From positions 1 through 54,285 of the forward strand of contig CAXMSF010000090.1 of the NCBI GenBank assembly GCA_964196055.1: a DNA stretch of 54,285 nucleotides, written 5' to 3'. Every line of letters begins with the position of its first letter. Position 1 is the stretch's first letter. The DNA is from an uncultured Gammaproteobacteria bacterium (GTDB lineage: Bacteria > Myxococcota_A > UBA9160 > SMWR01). Both the position numbers and the translations under genes were made by a program. This document shows, piece by piece, positions 49,557-54,285 of this stretch. The notes under the pieces were generated by a model. It was not told the DNA's origin. It saw only the letters and a program-made list of their open reading frames with translations, and ran no database searches.

Positions 49557-51044
49557 TCACTCGATCCCCTCGCGCGAAAGATCGATCGCCTGGATCAGTG
49601 CACCCGCCTTGTTGAGGCATTCCTGGTATTCGGATTCGGGGTCCGAGTCGGCGACGATGCCCGCGCCGGTCCGCAGGAAGATTTCTCCGTCGTTGATCAC
49701 CAGCGTACGGATCGCAATTGCGGTGTCCATGTTCCCCGAGTAGTCGATGTAGCCCACACAGCCGCCATAGGGGCCGCGCCGTTGATTCTCGAGCTCATCG
49801 ATGATCTCCATCGCGCGCACCTTGGGCGCACCCGACAACGTCCCCGCTGGGAAGGTCGCACGCAGCAGGTCGAGCCAATCGAGTCCCGGCCTCAGCACCC
49901 CGGTCACGTTCGAGACGATGTGGATGACATGGGAGTAGCGCTCGATCACCGCGTACTCATTCACCTCGACCGAACCGGTCTCCGCGACCCGACCGACGTC
50001 GTTGCGGCCGAGGTCGACCAGCATCAGATGCTCGGCTCGCTCTTTCGCGTCCGCGAGCAACTCGGCCTCGAGCCGCGCGTCTTCCTCGGGATCCGCGCCG
50101 CGCCGGCGGGTGCCCGCGATCGGCCGCACGTCGATCCGACCATGGTCGAGTCGCACCAGCGCTTCCGGCGATGATCCGAGAATCACGGGCCCCTCACAAC
50201 GAAGGAAGAACAGGTACGGACTCGGGTTCACGAGGCGCAGGTGGCGGTAGATCGTGAATGGATCGACCTGGAGCGGAATCCGGAACTGCTGCGACAGCAC
50301 CACCTGGAAGATGTCGCCGGCCTCGATGTACTGCTTGGCCTGCTTGACGACATCGTGGAAGGCCTCGCGCTCCATGCTGCGCTGCACGTCCATCGGCGCA
50401 CGCACCGGCGGCGCGGGTGGCGACAACATCAGCGAAGTACGCAGCCGTGCCAATGTCGAGTCGATCGCAGCAACGGCTTCGGCATACAGCAGTCCCAGAT
50501 CGGCGCCCTCACGCACTTCGACCTGCCGAACGATCAACGCCGAATGTCGCACGTTGTCGTACACAACGACCGTCTCGGGCAACGAGAACCAGAGGTCCGG
50601 CACCCCGATCTCGTCGGGATTCTCATCCGGTATTTCCTCGACGAAGCGCACCCAGTCGTAGCTGACCACGCCGACCGCGCCGCCGACGAAGCGCGGCAGC
50701 GGCAGATCCGCGGGGACGGCCGGGCTTAGACGCGCGAGCCGCTCGCGCAGGATTTCGAGCGGGTCGCCCTCGACCTCGAATCGCTCGGTCTCTCCGTTTT
50801 CGCTCCACTCCACTGCGCGACCGCGCGCACGGAAGATCGCGCGCGAGCCGGTGCCGATGAAGCTGTAACGCGCCCACTTTTCGCCGCCCTCGACGGATTC
50901 GAGCAGAAACGAAGTTCGACCGTCATCGAGCCGCTGGAACAGCGAGAGGGGGGTGTCGAGGTCGGCCATGACTTCGCGCACGACCGGAATCAGGTTCCCG
51001 CGTGTCGCGAGTGCCTCGAAAACTTCCTGGGAGGGGCGATGCAA
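49557..51044 (-). CDS. trpE: Anthranilate synthase component I (start 51044 or 51128)
   Basis: LLESVEGG, NPSPY, PIAGTR, EHLMLVDLGRND and GTLSGAPK. Confidence 0.96.
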   Translation of the reverse strand: MHRPSQEVFEALATRGNLIPVVREVMADLDTPLSLFQRLDDGRTSFLLESVEGGEKWARYSFIGTGSRAIFRARGRAVEWSENGETERFEVEGDPLEILRERLARLSPAVPADLPLPRFVGGAVGVVSYDWVRFVEEIPDENPDEIGVPDLWFSLPETVVVYDNVRHSALIVRQVEVREGADLGLLYAEAVAAIDSTLARLRTSLMLSPPAPPVRAPMDVQRSMEREAFHDVVKQAKQYIEAGDIFQVVLSQQFRIPLQVDPFTIYRHLRLVNPSPYLFFLRCEGPVILGSSPEALVRLDHGRIDVRPIAGTRRRGADPEEDARLEAELLADAKERAEHLMLVDLGRNDVGRVAETGSVEVNEYAVIERYSHVIHIVSNVTGVLRPGLDWLDLLRATFPAGTLSGAPKVRAMEIIDELENQRRGPYGGCVGYIDYSGNMDTAIAIRTLVINDGEIFLRTGAGIVADSDPESEYQECLNKAGALIQAIDLSREGIE

Positions 51045-51114
51045 CTCGGCCTCAGGCGGGGCGCGTTGAGCGCGTGGAGAAAAACCCTGCGATTCCGTGT
51101 TGTTATCAAACGCC

Positions 51115-53550
51115 TCAGAGAGAGTCAAGCAAGCCGATATTGCCGGTGCCGAAGCTCGTCGGGCCGGTCTTCTTCAGATCGTCGCCGAGACCGAGGAAGG
51201 TGTAGGTCAGATTGAAGCGGACCCCACGCGAGCGACTGTGGCCGAGTTCGAAACCCGCCGCCCAACAGCGACAGTCCGAAACGTATTCGATGCCCCCGAC
51301 GTTCTTCAGCATCAAGCCGTCCTCGAAGGTGTAGGCGCCCCGATAGTGGACCAACCACTGATCCGTGATCGCGAGGCGGGCCAACAGACTGATCTGGTTG
51401 ATCCGCTCGACCCCGCTCTCGAAATTGTCGAAGCGCTCCGACGAGTCTTTGAAATCCTCGAAGAATTTCGGAGTCTTCCTCAGGTACCGGTAGCGGAGGC
51501 GCAATTCGTGGCCTCGAGGATGGCGATAACCGATTTGGGCGGTGGCCTCCGAAACCGCGACTTCCTCGGGATCGAAGCCGAAATTCGCCAACATCGACAT
51601 GCCGTCGATCGGGTACGCGGTACCGCCCAGATAAATGGGTGCGAATTCACCCTCTTCCACGTCGACACCGTTCGAGAGGTAGATGTCTGCGATCAACTGC
51701 GCCCCCTCGCCCTCGATTTGCCTGTAGAAGCGATTGCTCACGCCGTACGTGAATCCGTTGAACTTCCGGACGCGGTCCGCGTCGTCGAGCATCACGTTCA
51801 CGAGTTCGAGCTGCCTGATCCGTTCCTGCGGCACTGCGGTGTTCGGCACGAACAGTGGATTGTCGTCCTGGTTCGAGCCGAGGTCGGAGATATATCCGTA
51901 CGAAAGCTGCGGTTCGATCAGATGGGTCAGCCCACTCGAATAGTGGCGACTCAGCCGCGAACGCAGGTCGAGCTGGGTCGTCAGCAGATGTCGCTGGTTC
52001 GAACCCAGGAAGTGCGACTGGTAGAAGGTCTGGTGCCAACCGACTTCCGGGTAGGCCTCGACGTAGTCGCTGATCCGGAACGGCACCGCGAGTCGTGGGT
52101 AGAGATCGATTCGGTGGCCGTCGTCCGCGAGCGGTTCACCCTCGTCGAAGCGACCGTTCAGCTCGAGACCGCCGTCGTCCCCGTGCGGATCCATTTCGCC
52201 CGGAAAACCGCGCTCGCTCGAACTCGGCAAGGCGTCGATGCCGGTATCGATGAATGCCGCATCCGCGTAGTACTTGGCATCGAGGTCGTCGTATTTGTCG
52301 ACGGCTCGCCGCCGAGGATAGAAGAACGAGTACTCGAGACCGAACGAGGGAACGATTCGATCGAGGACCGGAATCGAATCCGCCACCGCGGCCGGAAGCA
52401 CCACACCCGCGACCGTGGGGAGCCGCTGCAGCAGGAAACGATCGCGGTCCTGGTCGTTCGGGTTCTGCAAGTCGTTCGAAAAGACGAGCGCCGTCAGCGC
52501 CCCGAAGCGACCGTCGTCCGCAAACGACCGACCCACGAACGCGTTCGAGACCAGGAAGCGGTCGTCCTCGCGATGCGGGAGATCGTTGAAGTCGTTCAGA
52601 TACTCGTTGTCGGAGATGGCGGCGAAGTCACTCTTGAACCGCAGATCCCAGGGCAGAAAGAAATCCTTCTCGCCCCGAACGGCCCAACGGTCGCGCCCGA
52701 ACGGATCCTCTTCCGAGTTGGGATCGATGCTCTGGTCCCAGACGAAGTGACCGGAGATGTCTCCCTGCGAACGCTCACCGAAGACGTATTCGACCGCGAG
52801 AGCAGCGGTCGGGCCACGCTTGCTCATCCAGCCCGGTGTCGCGATCACGTTCACGCTCTCGTGCGCGGCCCAGAAGACCGGGAGCCCCAGTTCGGCGCCA
52901 TTGCGTCCGCTGTAACCGAACACTGGAAACAGCAGGCCGCTTTCGCGCTCGGTCTTGAGCGGATAGATCATCCAGGGCAGCCACACGACGGGTACGCCGA
53001 GGATTTCGAAGGTTGTATTGCGCGCGGTCGCGTAGCCGTCGACCTCGAGATCGGCACTTCCGGCCTGGATCGTCCACGGGTCTCGGTCGCGGGGATCGGG
53101 ACATTCGCAGGTCGAAAAGGTCCCGTGCTCGAACGAGTAGGTATCGTCGCTGTGCTTGACGATCTCCGCGCCCTGCATCCGGAACTGGTCTTTCTCCGAA
53201 TCGAAGGCGGCCCCGAAGAGAATGCCGCGTTGAGTGTCGATATTGAACTCGATGAATCGCGCGTGCAGCACGTTACCGGAGTTCGAGAACACGATGTTCC
53301 CGGTCGCTGCGCCGCGGCCGATCTCGTTGTTGAACACCATCCAGTCGGCGGTGAGCTCGGTGTCCTTCGAGGTGATTCGGACGTTTCCGCGCGCGATGTA
53401 GAGGCTGCGCCCCTGCTCGTGTTCGATCGAATCGGCGGTGAGCTCGAAGCTTTGACTCCGCCCCGGGACACCGGCCGCCAAGGACCCGGGGACGCCCGCC
53501 AGCAGCAGCCAGGCGACGACTCCCGCGACCATCCCGATCTTCCGCGACAC
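51115..53550 (-). CDS. lptD: LPS-assembly outer membrane protein LptD
   Basis: Signal peptide, N-terminal jellyroll (ARGNV, LTAD), FSTC..PW, RESGLLFP, beta-barrel and C-terminal CRCW. Confidence 0.88.
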   Translation of the reverse strand: MSRKIGMVAGVVAWLLLAGVPGSLAAGVPGRSQSFELTADSIEHEQGRSLYIARGNVRITSKDTELTADWMVFNNEIGRGAATGNIVFSNSGNVLHARFIEFNIDTQRGILFGAAFDSEKDQFRMQGAEIVKHSDDTYSFEHGTFSTCECPDPRDRDPWTIQAGSADLEVDGYATARNTTFEILGVPVVWLPWMIYPLKTERESGLLFPVFGYSGRNGAELGLPVFWAAHESVNVIATPGWMSKRGPTAALAVEYVFGERSQGDISGHFVWDQSIDPNSEEDPFGRDRWAVRGEKDFFLPWDLRFKSDFAAISDNEYLNDFNDLPHREDDRFLVSNAFVGRSFADDGRFGALTALVFSNDLQNPNDQDRDRFLLQRLPTVAGVVLPAAVADSIPVLDRIVPSFGLEYSFFYPRRRAVDKYDDLDAKYYADAAFIDTGIDALPSSSERGFPGEMDPHGDDGGLELNGRFDEGEPLADDGHRIDLYPRLAVPFRISDYVEAYPEVGWHQTFYQSHFLGSNQRHLLTTQLDLRSRLSRHYSSGLTHLIEPQLSYGYISDLGSNQDDNPLFVPNTAVPQERIRQLELVNVMLDDADRVRKFNGFTYGVSNRFYRQIEGEGAQLIADIYLSNGVDVEEGEFAPIYLGGTAYPIDGMSMLANFGFDPEEVAVSEATAQIGYRHPRGHELRLRYRYLRKTPKFFEDFKDSSERFDNFESGVERINQISLLARLAITDQWLVHYRGAYTFEDGLMLKNVGGIEYVSDCRCWAAGFELGHSRSRGVRFNLTYTFLGLGDDLKKTGPTSFGTGNIGLLDSL

Positions 53551-53693
53551 CCGAGCCTCCGAATGGCCTCGAGCCGATCGCATTGGCCTGCGTCCGACGC
53601 GAACTCCGGGCAATGCGACGCAGGCCCGGCGAGCCGGTTCCACGCTAACAAACGGGCTCGCGACGGGTCAATCCGCTCGCGCGGGGATTCGGG

Positions 53694-54285
53694 CTATTCG
53701 GTCAAATCGACCGCGGCCGACAGGGTGTCGACATCGACTGCGAACAGACAATCGTCCACCATGCGGACGACTTTGCGATCGATCAGGTGGTGCAGTGCTC
53801 GATGGGTTTCGAACATCGAAAGCCCCGCGTCTCTGGCGAGACCACGCAGGCTGGTCGGGATCCGGATCCCGTTTCCCGGGTCGGGCTCCGAACGACGCAC
53901 CAGGCCCCGCACGACGGGTCGCAGCAGGTCGTCGACCCCGAGCGCGGACAGCCGGGTCTCTGCCTCGATCAAACGCGAGACGACCACCCGCAGCAGCCGG
54001 ATCGCGATCGCGGGTTGCTCGAGGCACATGGATTCGAGGGTCTCGCGATCGAGTTCCAGCACCCGCGTAGCGCGCACCGCGACCGCGCGAGTCGTACAAG
54101 GACGGCCGAGCACCACGCCGAGCTCGCCGAAGAAATCGCCCGGACCGACGCGCGCCACCACGCGACTCGCCCCGACGCCTTCGCGAACCAACTCGATCTC
54201 ACCGCTCTGGATGACATAGAGCCGATCTCCGGTATCGCCTTCGTCGAAGACCGTCTCACCCGGTTCGACGGTTCGTTGAAACGAG
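53694..54285 (-). CDS. Crp/Fnr-type cNMP-binding regulator (5' end outside the window)
   Basis: Open to the window edge: VFDEGDTGDRLYVIQSG, GDFFGE and a C-terminal HTH-like segment. Confidence 0.85.
   Translation of the reverse strand, partial: SFQRTVEPGETVFDEGDTGDRLYVIQSGEIELVREGVGASRVVARVGPGDFFGELGVVLGRPCTTRAVAVRATRVLELDRETLESMCLEQPAIAIRLLRVVVSRLIEAETRLSALGVDDLLRPVVRGLVRRSEPDPGNGIRIPTSLRGLARDAGLSMFETHRALHHLIDRKVVRMVDDCLFAVDVDTLSAAVDLTE

Noticed and set aside
51044-51128. trp attenuator or leader peptide
   Set aside because: No Trp-codon leader or terminator; trpE follows lptD directly
51097-54219. 1040-aa plus-strand ORF
   Set aside because: Antisense shadow of lptD and the Crp-like gene, as expected from high-GC codon bias; no motifs

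Overview
GC-rich bacterial chromosomal DNA. Gene content and order suggest a Myxococcota/deltaproteobacterial-type organism (inference). The right part (~23.7-54.3 kb) is mostly minus-strand housekeeping: Crp-like (partial)-lptD-trpEGDCFBA; pheA-hisC-tyrA-rpsA-ihfB-lapA-lapB-mutS-amidase-glnD-xerD-tRNA nucleotidyltransferase-scpA-scpB-rluB. A diguanylate cyclase and coaE lie on the plus strand. The left part (1-23.5 kb) is accessory. It holds a lytic transglycosylase preceded by a GEMM-I riboswitch with the A20 (3',3'-cGAMP-type) signature, flanked by two inverted copies of a ~71-bp repeat. It also holds a putative surface-glycan modification cluster (YxDPGxGS micro-protein, NoeA-like kinase/methyltransferase, GT-C glycosyltransferase, two Thr-type sulfatase-like lipoproteins, frameshifted TMTC-like protein) and a ~190-bp palindromic CTAG-bounded element. 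Further genes are SRAP, a solute symporter, DUF368, a DxDxDG-repeat protein, a CAP protein and a small catabolic cluster. I saw no tRNA, rRNA, CRISPR array or transposase. All calls come from motif reading by eye; no searches were run.
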